From contig CAXXDV010000001.1 in assembly GCA_963674745.2 (NCBI GenBank), forward strand, positions 1,760,001 to 1,824,000: 64,000 nt of DNA. The letters run 5' to 3'. A program made the translations under genes and the position numbers. The first letter of the stretch is position 1. Each line of letters begins with the position of its first letter. The notes beneath the pieces were generated by a model that was not told the origin of the DNA, did not search any database, and saw nothing but the letters and a program-made list of their open reading frames with translations. Below, in pieces: positions 10,356-19,624 of the stretch. The stretch is from Desulfosudaceae bacterium. Lineage in GTDB: Bacteria > Desulfobacterota > Desulfobacteria > Desulfobacterales > Desulfosudaceae.

Positions 10356-11630
10356 ATGGCCCTGACCCGACCGGAAAAAAGCTGGATTCTTTACGATGTT
10401 GCCAACTCGGCCTTTGTGCTGATCGTTACCACCACCCTGATGCCGATTTTCTTCAAGGCCCATGCCGCTTTTGATATGCCCGCGGACAAGGCCACCGCTT
10501 ACTGGGGTTTTACCGTGGCCGCGGCCTCTCTGATTGTCGCCATGTCTGCGCCTTTTCTGGGAACCCTGGCCGACTTCCAGGGCTATAAGAAAAAAATGCT
10601 GGCCGGCGCCATGGTTGTCGGGGTCCTGGCCACGTTGCTGTTCACCCTGGTTCAACCCGGCCAGTGGCTGTTCTGTCTGATATTGTATAGTGTTGCCCGG
10701 ATCGGTTTTTCCGGGGCCAATATTTTTTATGATGCCTTTTTAGTGGATGTGACCACCGACGACCGCATGGACAGAATTTCAGCCTTTGGTTACGGCTGGG
10801 GGTATATCGGCAGTGTTGTTCCTTTTTTGGCATCAATCGCCGCGCTCTTCCTGGCCAAAGGGCTGCTTCATGCTGACCATTTTCCGGCAGTGGGTTTTAT
10901 GGCTGCCTTTGCGTTGACGGCCGTGTGGTGGGCGGTTTTTTCCATACCGATTTTAAAAGACGTGCGTCAGACCCATTTTACGCCGCCTTCAACCAGGCCC
11001 TTGATCGATTCGGCGATTACCCTGACCAACACCATCAGAAAAATCGGACAGCACAAAAATATCGCCGTTTTTCTGCTGGCTTATTTTTTCTATATCGACG
11101 GTGTTCACACCATTATCAGCATGGCCCTGGCCTACGGGCTGGACCAGGAGTTGAGCCAGACCATTCTGATTGCCGTGGTCCTGTTTATCCAGATTATGGG
11201 CTGGCCCTGCGCCATCCTGTTCGGTCTGCTGGCCGCGCGCGTTTCCGCCAAATTGATGATTCTGGCCGGTATCGGGGTTTACTGTGTGCTGACGTTTGTC
11301 GGCTATATGCTGCCGGTCATTGACAATCCTGATCACAAGATCGTCGTTTTTTTTGCCATGGGTTTTTTGATCGCGCTGGCACAGGGAGGGGTGCAGTCGT
11401 TGAGCCGTTCTTTTTTCGGCCGCATGATTCCCAAAGACCGGGCCGCCGAGTTTTTCGGGTTTTATAATATTTTTGGAAAATTTGCCGCCATTATCGGTCC
11501 GGGACTGATGGGACTGGCCACACTGGTGACCGGTTCTTCCCGTTACGGCGTGCTGTCCATCCTGGCGTTGTTCCTGATTGGAGGGGGGTTGCTCTGCCTT
11601 GTCAAGAAGCCGGAAAGTCGCGGGCAGTAA
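10356..11630 (+). CDS. MFS transporter (UMF1/Atg22-like)
   Basis: SWILYDVANSAF, FYDAFLVDVT, GYGWGYIG, QSLSRSFFG, EFFGFY; about 12 hydrophobic segments. Confidence 0.88.
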   Translation: MALTRPEKSWILYDVANSAFVLIVTTTLMPIFFKAHAAFDMPADKATAYWGFTVAAASLIVAMSAPFLGTLADFQGYKKKMLAGAMVVGVLATLLFTLVQPGQWLFCLILYSVARIGFSGANIFYDAFLVDVTTDDRMDRISAFGYGWGYIGSVVPFLASIAALFLAKGLLHADHFPAVGFMAAFALTAVWWAVFSIPILKDVRQTHFTPPSTRPLIDSAITLTNTIRKIGQHKNIAVFLLAYFFYIDGVHTIISMALAYGLDQELSQTILIAVVLFIQIMGWPCAILFGLLAARVSAKLMILAGIGVYCVLTFVGYMLPVIDNPDHKIVVFFAMGFLIALAQGGVQSLSRSFFGRMIPKDRAAEFFGFYNIFGKFAAIIGPGLMGLATLVTGSSRYGVLSILALFLIGGGLLCLVKKPESRGQ

Positions 11631-11633
11631 TAT

Positions 11634-11746
11634 GTAGCGGAGGGTTTTACAGCCTGTCCTACAACGCGTCATCCCGGCTTCTCCGGTAGGGGCGACCGGC
11701 TGGTCGTCCCTGCACACGGGCAACCTTCGGTTGGCCCGTGGCACCC
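11634..11746. repeat. Cluster of three REP-like palindromes between convergent genes
   Basis: GTAG...CTAC hairpin at 11634-11662, GTAGGGGCGACCGGCTGGTCGTCCCTGC at 11686-11713, ACACGGGCAACCTTCGGTTGGCCCGTGGCACCC at 11714-11746. Confidence 0.7.
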
Positions 11747-11771
11747 CTTAAAGAAATATCCACAGGATACC

Positions 11772-12947
11772 TTATGGTTTCATTCCCAGCGCCCCCTTGG
11801 TCGCGGCCACCAGTCGGCCGACGTTGCCTTTTTTTCCGGCCATGATGACATCGAACATCTCTTCGGCGTTTTCAGGCGGTACGGTTTCGGCTTCTTTTTT
11901 TACCAGTTTCAGCGATTCGGTCTTGCAGGTGGTCACGCAAAGGCCGCAGCCGATGCATTTACCGACATCCAGGATCGCCTTTTTGTCCTTGATTTCAAAG
12001 GCCCCCATCTGGCATCGCCGTACGCATTTGCCGCAGCCGTTACACGATTCAGTATCGAGGGTGACATAATAGTTGCTGGCCGCGAAATCCGCCGGCCGGG
12101 GCATGGTGCGCATAATTTCCAGAATACCGCAGCAGCAGCCGCAGCACATGCAGATGAACTGGGGGTCCTTTTCGTTGGAGGGCTGGATGACGAGTCCCTC
12201 TTTTTCCGCCTGGTCGACACGCGCCAGGGCCTCTTCTTTGGAAATCGGCCGTCCCCAGCCGTTTCGGGAGTACATTTCACCGAACTCCTGAAAACCCAGG
12301 CAGGCTTCTTTCAAGTCGGTCGCTTTGCAGGGCTCGCCCACCAAATTTTTGGCCTTGCGGCAGATACATTCGGCGATGGAAATCCCCATTTTGGTGTTTT
12401 CAATGATGTTGCGGACTTCGTCATAGGTGGCAATGTTGTGTTCGGCGGTGACGCTTTTTTCAACGGGAATAACCCGCATCTGGGGGATGGCCGAAGTCAG
12501 GTATTCGATTCCCCAGATTTTGGTCACGTATTCCCGGAGGTCAAGGTAAAAGCCGGGATTAACCCTGTCAAGCTGCATTTCATACATGCCGATGATCAAC
12601 GGGTGCAGGGCATACTGCCAGACGCCGTCAACTTCCTTGGCAAAAATAATCCCCTTTTTTTCCATGCCGGACAACATCTCTTCCACTTGTTCCCGTGACA
12701 ATTCAAGGGCGTTACCGGCCTTGTTGAAAATCGTGTCCGCGGTTTCAAAATGCCAGTCCATGTAAACCGCCAGTTTGGCCTCTTGAATACTGAACATGGC
12801 TTTGAGCAGGCGCCGTTCCACACCGGAAAACGTGGCCGGCAACCCCACCGGCAGGGTGTCCAGGTGCTTCTGCAGGGCTTTATAGGTTTTGTCCCATTGC
12901 CGTAGATCGATCAGCTTGTCTTTTATCGCCGTGGCCACCTGTTTCAT
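11772..12947 (-). CDS. Iron-sulfur (4Fe-4S dicluster) binding protein
   Basis: ECICR, CMCCGCCC and two CxxCxxCxxxC ferredoxin motifs; start moved to ATG 12947 behind a GGAGG RBS. Confidence 0.85.
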   Translation of the reverse strand: MKQVATAIKDKLIDLRQWDKTYKALQKHLDTLPVGLPATFSGVERRLLKAMFSIQEAKLAVYMDWHFETADTIFNKAGNALELSREQVEEMLSGMEKKGIIFAKEVDGVWQYALHPLIIGMYEMQLDRVNPGFYLDLREYVTKIWGIEYLTSAIPQMRVIPVEKSVTAEHNIATYDEVRNIIENTKMGISIAECICRKAKNLVGEPCKATDLKEACLGFQEFGEMYSRNGWGRPISKEEALARVDQAEKEGLVIQPSNEKDPQFICMCCGCCCGILEIMRTMPRPADFAASNYYVTLDTESCNGCGKCVRRCQMGAFEIKDKKAILDVGKCIGCGLCVTTCKTESLKLVKKEAETVPPENAEEMFDVIMAGKKGNVGRLVAATKGALGMKP

Positions 12948-13416
12948 GCTGCCTCCTGTGCTGGTTTGATCTTTAAAAGATGTTTCTGATATTTTTACAG
13001 CAAACGATGACGGTTGTAAACAACCCCCGTATTTATCGGGCAGGGAAAACAATTGGCCCGGAGGGACAATATCCGGGTTAAGGCCGATTTTATATGGTTT
13101 CATATGAATTGACAAAAAGTATTGGAACAGGTAAAATAAATAAATATAAACAGTTGTATGTTATTTCAGCTTTCAATATTTTTTCATACTCAATAAGCCG
13201 GTCATTCAAGAAGCGTTTCATGAAAAGAGAATGAAAGCATCTCGGTCACCATGAAACTTTTTGTCGGCTTAGGTCGTACTGAAAGCCCTGAACGACGCTT
13301 TGCAGACAGCTATTGTTGAATTTGTCAACGTTCAGGCACTGGTTGAATGATATAATAGATGGGTAATCGCGGACGCGCGGGAAATCGACGCACAGGCACC
13401 TCAAGGGGGATTGAAA

Positions 13417-13941
13417 ATGAACGACACCAAAGAGGCCCGGAGCAACACCTATTTAACTTTTTATCTGGATGAAGACCTGTTCGGCCTGAACATTCATCTG
13501 GTTCGTGAGGTGCTTGAGTATACGGCCATTACCAGGGTACCCATGACGGCCGATTTTATGCGCGGGGTGATTAATGTTCGGGGACATGTGGTGCCGGTTG
13601 TGGACCTTCGCCGGAAATTCGGTCTGGAAAAAGCCGAACAGACCGTCAACACCTGTATTATTATTGTTGAGCTTGAAATTGACGGTGAATCATCAACCAT
13701 GGGCGCGTTGGTAGACGGTGTGCAGGAGGTTTTGAACATCATGCCCGAGCAGATCGAAGCCACTCCACGCCTGGGCAGCCGAATCGACACCCGGTTTATT
13801 CAGGGCATCGGTAAACTGGCTGAAAAATTTGTGATCCTGCTTGATATACAGACGATTTTCACTATGGATGAATTGAACATGCTGGCGGATATGCAGCAAC
13901 AGGAATCATCCGCCGAAAACGGGGCCGCTGTATCGCCCTGA
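13417..13941 (+). CDS. cheW: Chemotaxis coupling protein CheW
   Basis: YLTFYLDEDLFG, ITRVP, GVINVRGHVVPVVDLR, GALVDGVQEV; AAGGGGG RBS. Confidence 0.92.
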   Translation: MNDTKEARSNTYLTFYLDEDLFGLNIHLVREVLEYTAITRVPMTADFMRGVINVRGHVVPVVDLRRKFGLEKAEQTVNTCIIIVELEIDGESSTMGALVDGVQEVLNIMPEQIEATPRLGSRIDTRFIQGIGKLAEKFVILLDIQTIFTMDELNMLADMQQQESSAENGAAVSP

Positions 13942-13986
13942 TTTGAGATTCGATTGAAATTGTCATTATCGGTATCTAGACCATAA

Positions 13987-15270
13987 TTATTCGTCGATAT
14001 TAAACAGCTTTTTGACGGTATCCAGATAAAGGTTCCGGCTCTTCTTGTCAGCCTTGTTTTTCAGAAACATCGTCGGGTCGTGCATGATTTTGCTGACGAT
14101 GGCCTCGGTCATTCGTGAAACCGCTTCACGGTCCTGGTCGTTCAGTTCTTTTAAAACACCCAGCGTCTTTTCCGCTTCAGTCCGGGTAATGGCCCCTATT
14201 TTTTCCCGCAGGGCCACTACGGTCGGTATCACATCCAGGTTGTCATACCATGACCGGAACTTGATGACGGATTCATCTACAATCCGTTCTGCTTTAACCG
14301 CTTCTTTGCGGCGCTCTTCCAGGTTGCCGTCGATAACATCCTTTAAATCGTCAATGTCATATACGTAGGCATTTTCCAGTTTATTGATGTCCGGATCGAT
14401 GTCCCTGGGAACGGCGATGTCAATGAAGAACAGCGGCCGGTTTTTGCGGCTGCGCATGACCCCTTTGACCTGGTTCCGGGTGATGACCAGGCCGGGGGCG
14501 CCTGTGGAGCTGACGACAATATCTACCGATGCGAGCAGGTTGGGGATCTCTTCAAAGCTGACGGCGGTGCCGTTAAACGTTCTCGCCAGGGTTATGGCGC
14601 GTTCCAGGGTCCGGTTGGCCACCCAGATGTTGTCCGCCCGGTTGCCGGCCAGGTGCTCGACGGCCAGTTCCGCCATTTCGCCGGCTCCCACCAGCAGCAC
14701 TTTTTTTTCTTCCAGGGAACCGAATATTTTCCGGGCCAGTTCAATGGCCGCGTAGCTGATTGAAACCGCGCTGTCGCCGATTCCGGTTTCGCTTCGGACC
14801 CGCTTGGCCACGAAAAATGTCCGGTGTATCAGCCGGTTCAAGATGACGCCGGTCGTGCTTCGCGTCACGGCCTGACGGTAAGCTTTTTTTACCTGGCCGA
14901 AAATCTGGGGTTCGCCGACAACCATGGAATCAAGCCCTGAAGCCACCCGAAAAAGATGCCGAACAGCCGCGTCTCCCTGGTGATGATATAAAACCGGTGC
15001 CAGCTTTTCTTCCGGTACCTTTTTTAATTCGCAGAGGTATGAGATCACGGCGGCAGTTGCGGCCGCCGCGTCGTTTGTTGAAAAGAGGATCTCTACCCGG
15101 TTGCAGGTGGAAAAAAGAATTACCTCATGGATCAGGTCCAGCTCAATCAGGGCGTCCAGGGCCGACAACACGTCATCATCCGCGAAAGCCAGTTTTTCGC
15201 GTATCTCCAACGGCGCAGTCTGATGATTGACGCCTGCGAGGATTATGGTGTCGGTTTTTTTATCTTCCAT
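13987..15270 (-). CDS. hemA: Glutamyl-tRNA reductase
   Basis: STCNRVE, HLFRVASGLDSMVVGEPQIFGQVK, GAGEMA, DIAVPRDI. Confidence 0.97.
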   Translation of the reverse strand: MEDKKTDTIILAGVNHQTAPLEIREKLAFADDDVLSALDALIELDLIHEVILFSTCNRVEILFSTNDAAAATAAVISYLCELKKVPEEKLAPVLYHHQGDAAVRHLFRVASGLDSMVVGEPQIFGQVKKAYRQAVTRSTTGVILNRLIHRTFFVAKRVRSETGIGDSAVSISYAAIELARKIFGSLEEKKVLLVGAGEMAELAVEHLAGNRADNIWVANRTLERAITLARTFNGTAVSFEEIPNLLASVDIVVSSTGAPGLVITRNQVKGVMRSRKNRPLFFIDIAVPRDIDPDINKLENAYVYDIDDLKDVIDGNLEERRKEAVKAERIVDESVIKFRSWYDNLDVIPTVVALREKIGAITRTEAEKTLGVLKELNDQDREAVSRMTEAIVSKIMHDPTMFLKNKADKKSRNLYLDTVKKLFNIDE

Positions 15271-15294
15271 TTTTCATATCGATAATTGCAGTCG

Positions 15295-16128
15295 TCAAAC
15301 TTTCGTAAACACCCCGTGGTGACCTTCCAGCAGAAAATTTACGCCCAGAAAGGTAAACAGCAGCACCCCCAGCCCGATAATGGCCATGATCGCCGCCCGG
15401 CGGCCACGCCATCCCACCACCAGCCGTTCATGGAGAAGTGCGGCATATACCAGCCAGGTGATACCCGACCAGACCTCCTTGGGGTCCCAGGCCCAGAACC
15501 GGCCCCATGCCAGGCCGGCATAAATAATGCCCGTGATTAACCCCACCGTCAGCATGATGAACCCCAGTACCAGGCAGGCATATCCGGCGCTGTCCAGCAA
15601 TTCCAGGGGCGGCAGCCTTTTGTAGAAAAAACCCCTCTTTTTGTGTTTGATGGCCCGTTCCTGGATCAGGTAAAAAACGCCCACACCGCCGGCCAGGGCC
15701 AGGGCGGCATCACCGACAAATATGGTGATAATATGCACGATCAACCAGGTGTTACCGGCCAGGCTTTTCAGGTTGGCCACCGGCTCCCCGGAAGGCTCGG
15801 GCAGCAAAAGTGCTGCCAGCACAGCCAGCAGCACCATGGGGGCAACGTAAATGCCGAAAAATTTCAGGTTTAATTTGCGGTGCAGAACCAGAAAGACACC
15901 GGCCAGGGCCCATCCCGAGATAAACAGCGCCTGGGCCAGCGTAAAGGCCGGAATATGGCCGAGGGCGGCTATTTGAATTCCCAGAAGAATCGAATGAAAC
16001 AGAAAACCGCCGGTAAAGGCGTAACGGCCGGCATTATAAAAAGGATCCCGCTGCGCGATCAGATACACGAAATATAACACCATGCTGATGCCATAAGAAG
16101 CTACCATGAGAATCGCCGCAATGTTCAT
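15295..16128 (-). CDS. ccsA: Cytochrome c biogenesis protein CcsA/HemX-like
   Basis: Multi-pass membrane protein with a WGRFWAWDPKEVWS (WWD) motif and conserved His; upstream of hemA. Confidence 0.88.
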   Translation of the reverse strand: MNIAAILMVASYGISMVLYFVYLIAQRDPFYNAGRYAFTGGFLFHSILLGIQIAALGHIPAFTLAQALFISGWALAGVFLVLHRKLNLKFFGIYVAPMVLLAVLAALLLPEPSGEPVANLKSLAGNTWLIVHIITIFVGDAALALAGGVGVFYLIQERAIKHKKRGFFYKRLPPLELLDSAGYACLVLGFIMLTVGLITGIIYAGLAWGRFWAWDPKEVWSGITWLVYAALLHERLVVGWRGRRAAIMAIIGLGVLLFTFLGVNFLLEGHHGVFTKV

Positions 16129-16140
16129 GCTTTTTTCCCT

Positions 16141-16803
16141 TTACCAGTGAAATCCAAGCTCATCGATTGAGAAGCCTTGTCCAAGCGTTTCAGACAGAAT
16201 CCGGTCAATTTCCGATCTGCGTTTATTCCGGATCAACTCGGGTAATTCGCTGCTGACCAGACGTTCAAACAACGGCTTGTGCGCTTCGGGTGCATGTTCC
16301 TCCGCCAGCAGTCTGTTCCGGATCAGTCCCATCAGCCGGAGAAAGTCGCCATACTCGCTGCCGAAAAGCGCCTCCAGGTTTTTCCTTAAATGCCGTGCAA
16401 AGGCCGGGCTTCTGCCTGAAGTGGAAATGGCGATCTGCAGGTCGTCACGCTGGACCACCGATGGCAGGATAAAATTACATGCCTGCGGAAAGTCGGCGAT
16501 ATTGCACAGAATACCCCGGTCTTCGGCATCCCGGCTGATGCGGTTGTTTAATGTCATGTCGCTGGTTGCGCCGAAAACCAGGAAAATGCCCGTCAGGTCG
16601 GCCTCGGTATAAGGCCTTTTTTCCAGAAGGATGGACCCTTGAGCAGCCATTTCTTCCAGTTCGGCGGAAGCGGTCAGGGCCACCACCTGGACTTTGGCGC
16701 CGCAGTCCACCAGCGATTTTACCTTTCGTGTGCCGACGGCACCACCGCCGACAACCAGGCAGTTCCGGTTTTTGATATCCAGACATACAGGATAGTATTT
16801 CAT
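16141..16803 (-). CDS. sirC: Precorrin-2 dehydrogenase / sirohydrochlorin ferrochelatase (CysG N-terminal / SirC type)
   Basis: YYPVCLD, LVVGGGAVGTRK, CNIADFP, IAISTSGRSPA. Confidence 0.9.
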   Translation of the reverse strand: MKYYPVCLDIKNRNCLVVGGGAVGTRKVKSLVDCGAKVQVVALTASAELEEMAAQGSILLEKRPYTEADLTGIFLVFGATSDMTLNNRISRDAEDRGILCNIADFPQACNFILPSVVQRDDLQIAISTSGRSPAFARHLRKNLEALFGSEYGDFLRLMGLIRNRLLAEEHAPEAHKPLFERLVSSELPELIRNKRRSEIDRILSETLGQGFSIDELGFHW

Positions 16804-16833
16804 TTAAAGGTTATCCTTCAGCTTGCTTGTCCG

Positions 16834-17607
16834 TTATATTTCAATACGCAGCAGATCTTCGGCCAGAATAATCTCGCCACTGTATGTACCGGCGCATTGC
16901 TGTCTGATATCCACCTTATCACACTCCGGATAAAAATGGGTCAGAACCAGACGCTTTACTTCGGCCTGCTGTGCGATCTCTCCGGCCAAAGAAGGCGTCA
17001 AATGGCCTTCTGTTTTTAAATCATCCGGCAGGGCTGATTCACAGATCAACACGTCCGCCCGGTGTGAAAGCCGGATCAGGTTTTCACTGACATCGGTATC
17101 TCCCGAGTAAACCACCGAAGTGTTTCCCACGGTCACCCGGAAAGCCACGCTTTCCGGTCGATGGGCAACCGGTCGGGTGGTTACCGAAAAATCACCGGTG
17201 TAATAATTGTCCGCTTTATCCGTGTCAAATTCTTTCAATACCAGTAAATCGTTGTCCAGATCAATCCATTCACCGTAAACAACCCTTAATCCGTTGAAAA
17301 AATCCAGCAGGCCTTTCCCGCCGGCCAGTGTCAGTGGGGTTGTTCGTTGCGGAGGAAAGGAATATTTATTTGCAAACAGAAGTGATGCCAGTTCACCGCT
17401 ATGATCAAGATGAAAATGGCTTAAAAAAAGGTGCGTCATCTCAAAAATGGTAACACCGGCTTCCAGCATTCGTCTCATGGTGCCGGGACCGCAGTCAAAA
17501 ACCGCTTTCGCCCCGCCGGCTTCTAATAATAATGAACAGGCGCTCCGTTTGAGTGACGGTACGCACGTCCCTGAACCGAGAATGGTAATGGTAAGTCGGT
17601 GATTCAT
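16834..17607 (-). CDS. MBL-fold metallo-hydrolase (RNase Z/BN-like)
   Basis: ILGSGT, FDCGPG, SHFHLDH, YSGDT, HLT, LVLTHFYP. Confidence 0.88.
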   Translation of the reverse strand: MNHRLTITILGSGTCVPSLKRSACSLLLEAGGAKAVFDCGPGTMRRMLEAGVTIFEMTHLFLSHFHLDHSGELASLLFANKYSFPPQRTTPLTLAGGKGLLDFFNGLRVVYGEWIDLDNDLLVLKEFDTDKADNYYTGDFSVTTRPVAHRPESVAFRVTVGNTSVVYSGDTDVSENLIRLSHRADVLICESALPDDLKTEGHLTPSLAGEIAQQAEVKRLVLTHFYPECDKVDIRQQCAGTYSGEIILAEDLLRIEI

Positions 17608-17733
17608 GTTTATGGATAAACCTGTTCGAAGTTTGTCGGCACCGGCAGATAAACGCTATACCCGGTTTCAAGCAAGCCGATCATACAACAAACCTGGTTG
17701 CCATTCAAGTCCGACCGGCAAGTCCATAAATTG

Positions 17734-17762
17734 TTGACATGTTGCTTCAATTTCGCTATAAA
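17734..17762 (+). promoter_or_regulatory. Sigma70-type promoter upstream of the FHA gene
   Basis: TTGACA-N17-TATAAA. Confidence 0.65.
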
Positions 17763-17871
17763 TTAAGGTGATTTTTTTTCGGTATGGTGCCGCTGGCTTG
17801 TCTCGTTTTAACATATTGATTTTTTAATAAGTTTTTAGCTGAGAGTGCTTTTTGACTCGGGTGAGGGCGTA

Positions 17872-18555
17872 ATGATGACAAAACGAGAAATAGAAGATAC
17901 GGTAAATTTTGATCAGGCCGACCTTGATTTTATCCAGGATGAGAAGATTGAAGTAGGAAAAGACCTTCTTTATTCCGGCCGGGGCAAGGGTTCGTTTGTT
18001 GTTTTTACTACCGGTGCTGATAAAGGTAACGTAATACCGATCAATAAAGACAAGGTGGTTATCGGGCGTGACAAGAGTGCGGATATTGTTATCGCTAAAA
18101 AGTTTGTCTCAAAAAAACATGCCAAGATCGTTACCCGTGAAAACAAGGTGGAGCTTTTCGATTTCGGGAGCACCAATGGGACGTTTGTCAATGACGATCA
18201 GATCGACCGGGCCGAACTTAAAGATCAGGATGAGATCAGGATCGGCGATGTCATTATCAAATATTTTCGTATCGATCTTGATGATGGCAGCCTGGGTCAG
18301 AGCCTGCCGGTAGATCAGGGCGAAACCGTTTCCGATTTTTATGATCGGATTTTTGAAATTCTTAAACCCAGTTTTGGCCAAATGACCAACCGGTTTTTAA
18401 ACAGACAGATCACAGCCCACGTGGGCAAGACACCTTATACGATTTCAGTTTCGGATAAAAAGGCCCTGGCAAAATGGGTGAAAATTTCAGCGGGCCTTTT
18501 GCTGGACGAGGAAATCGCTGCCAGGCTGGCAGATGAAATTTTATCTTTAAAGTGA
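17872..18555 (+). CDS. FHA domain protein with an uncharacterised C-terminal helical domain
   Basis: FHA residues IGR...VSKKHA...STNGT...IRIG. The start could be GTG 17845. Confidence 0.88.
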   Translation: MMTKREIEDTVNFDQADLDFIQDEKIEVGKDLLYSGRGKGSFVVFTTGADKGNVIPINKDKVVIGRDKSADIVIAKKFVSKKHAKIVTRENKVELFDFGSTNGTFVNDDQIDRAELKDQDEIRIGDVIIKYFRIDLDDGSLGQSLPVDQGETVSDFYDRIFEILKPSFGQMTNRFLNRQITAHVGKTPYTISVSDKKALAKWVKISAGLLLDEEIAARLADEILSLK

Positions 18556-18717
18556 TGGCGGTATCTTTTCAAGGGACGGTTTGCTCCGTATCGACTGTTT
18601 GCCCTGCTCCCTGAGACGGCTTTCAGGGTAAGGCCCCGATCAAAAGCCGCGACAACTGTTTTTCCCGCTGATAACACCAATTACACCAGCGGTCTTAATG
18701 TTGTTCAAGAGATCAGC

Positions 18718-19614
18718 ATGTCTGCTATTAAGGAAATAGACCTGAGTCATCTGGTCGGCCAGGAGGTCGGCACCGCGACCCTTTTAAAGGAGTTGGGCCG
18801 TGGCGCCATGGCCGTCATCTTTATTGCCTATCAACGGACATTGAAACGACAGATTGCGGTCAAGGTTTTACCTCGGTCTCTGATGACATCTGTCGCCGCA
18901 GAACAATTTCAACAGGAAGCCGAGCTGGCCGCCATTCTTTCTCATCCCAATATTATTCAAATTTATGAAGTGGGTAGCACGGATGAATTTATTTTTTTTT
19001 CCATGCAGTTGGTCCAGGGGCGGCCTTTGTCCTATTATATCGCTCTGGCCCAACAGCATGTCATTCCTTCCAAGCGCTTCGTCGGCATGAAGACAGCCCT
19101 TTCCTTGAGCAAGGCCGTTCTTGACGGGTTGGAATACGCTCACAGTCAGGATATTGTCCACCGGGACATCAAGCCGGCCAATATAATGATTGAAAAGCAT
19201 AACAAGCGGCCGATCATCATGGATTTCGGGATCTCGAAAAATATCCGGGCAAAAAGCGGCAAGGACGAAGAGGTGTTGGGTACACCGGTTAACATGGCGC
19301 CGGAACAGCTTCTGAACAAAGACCTGGATAACCGGGTGGATGTTTACGCCGCCGGCGTCATGTTGTTTCAAATGCTGGTTGGAGATTTGCCTTATACACC
19401 GCACAAATCAATCAAGGAATTGTTAAAATTAAAGGTCCAGGGAAAATGGCTGAACCGGACGCCTTCAGAAATGAACCCCGCTGTTAACGAAGAAATGGAT
19501 CGGATCGTTTTGAAGGCCATTGCCCGTAATCCCGATGACCGTTATACCACCTGCCGGGATTTCCAGCAGGATCTTCAGAAATATGCGGAAACATTTCTAA
19601 AATCAGGGCAGTAA
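18718..19614 (+). CDS. Hanks-type Ser/Thr protein kinase (stand-alone catalytic domain)
   Basis: LGRGAM, IAVK, HRDIKPANI, DFG, GTPVNMAPE, DVYAAG. Confidence 0.95.
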   Translation: MSAIKEIDLSHLVGQEVGTATLLKELGRGAMAVIFIAYQRTLKRQIAVKVLPRSLMTSVAAEQFQQEAELAAILSHPNIIQIYEVGSTDEFIFFSMQLVQGRPLSYYIALAQQHVIPSKRFVGMKTALSLSKAVLDGLEYAHSQDIVHRDIKPANIMIEKHNKRPIIMDFGISKNIRAKSGKDEEVLGTPVNMAPEQLLNKDLDNRVDVYAAGVMLFQMLVGDLPYTPHKSIKELLKLKVQGKWLNRTPSEMNPAVNEEMDRIVLKAIARNPDDRYTTCRDFQQDLQKYAETFLKSGQ

Positions 19615-19624
19615 GGAAACAGAG

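Noticed and set aside
10350..10358. In-frame TAG-GCC-ATG between PPTase and MFS as pyrrolysine readthrough
   Set aside because: Both proteins are complete on their own; this is ordinary tight operon spacing.
12948..13115. N-terminal extension of the Fe-S protein; likewise the cold-shock extension 42194-42340
   Set aside because: Clear RBSs sit at the downstream ATGs and the extensions look intergenic.
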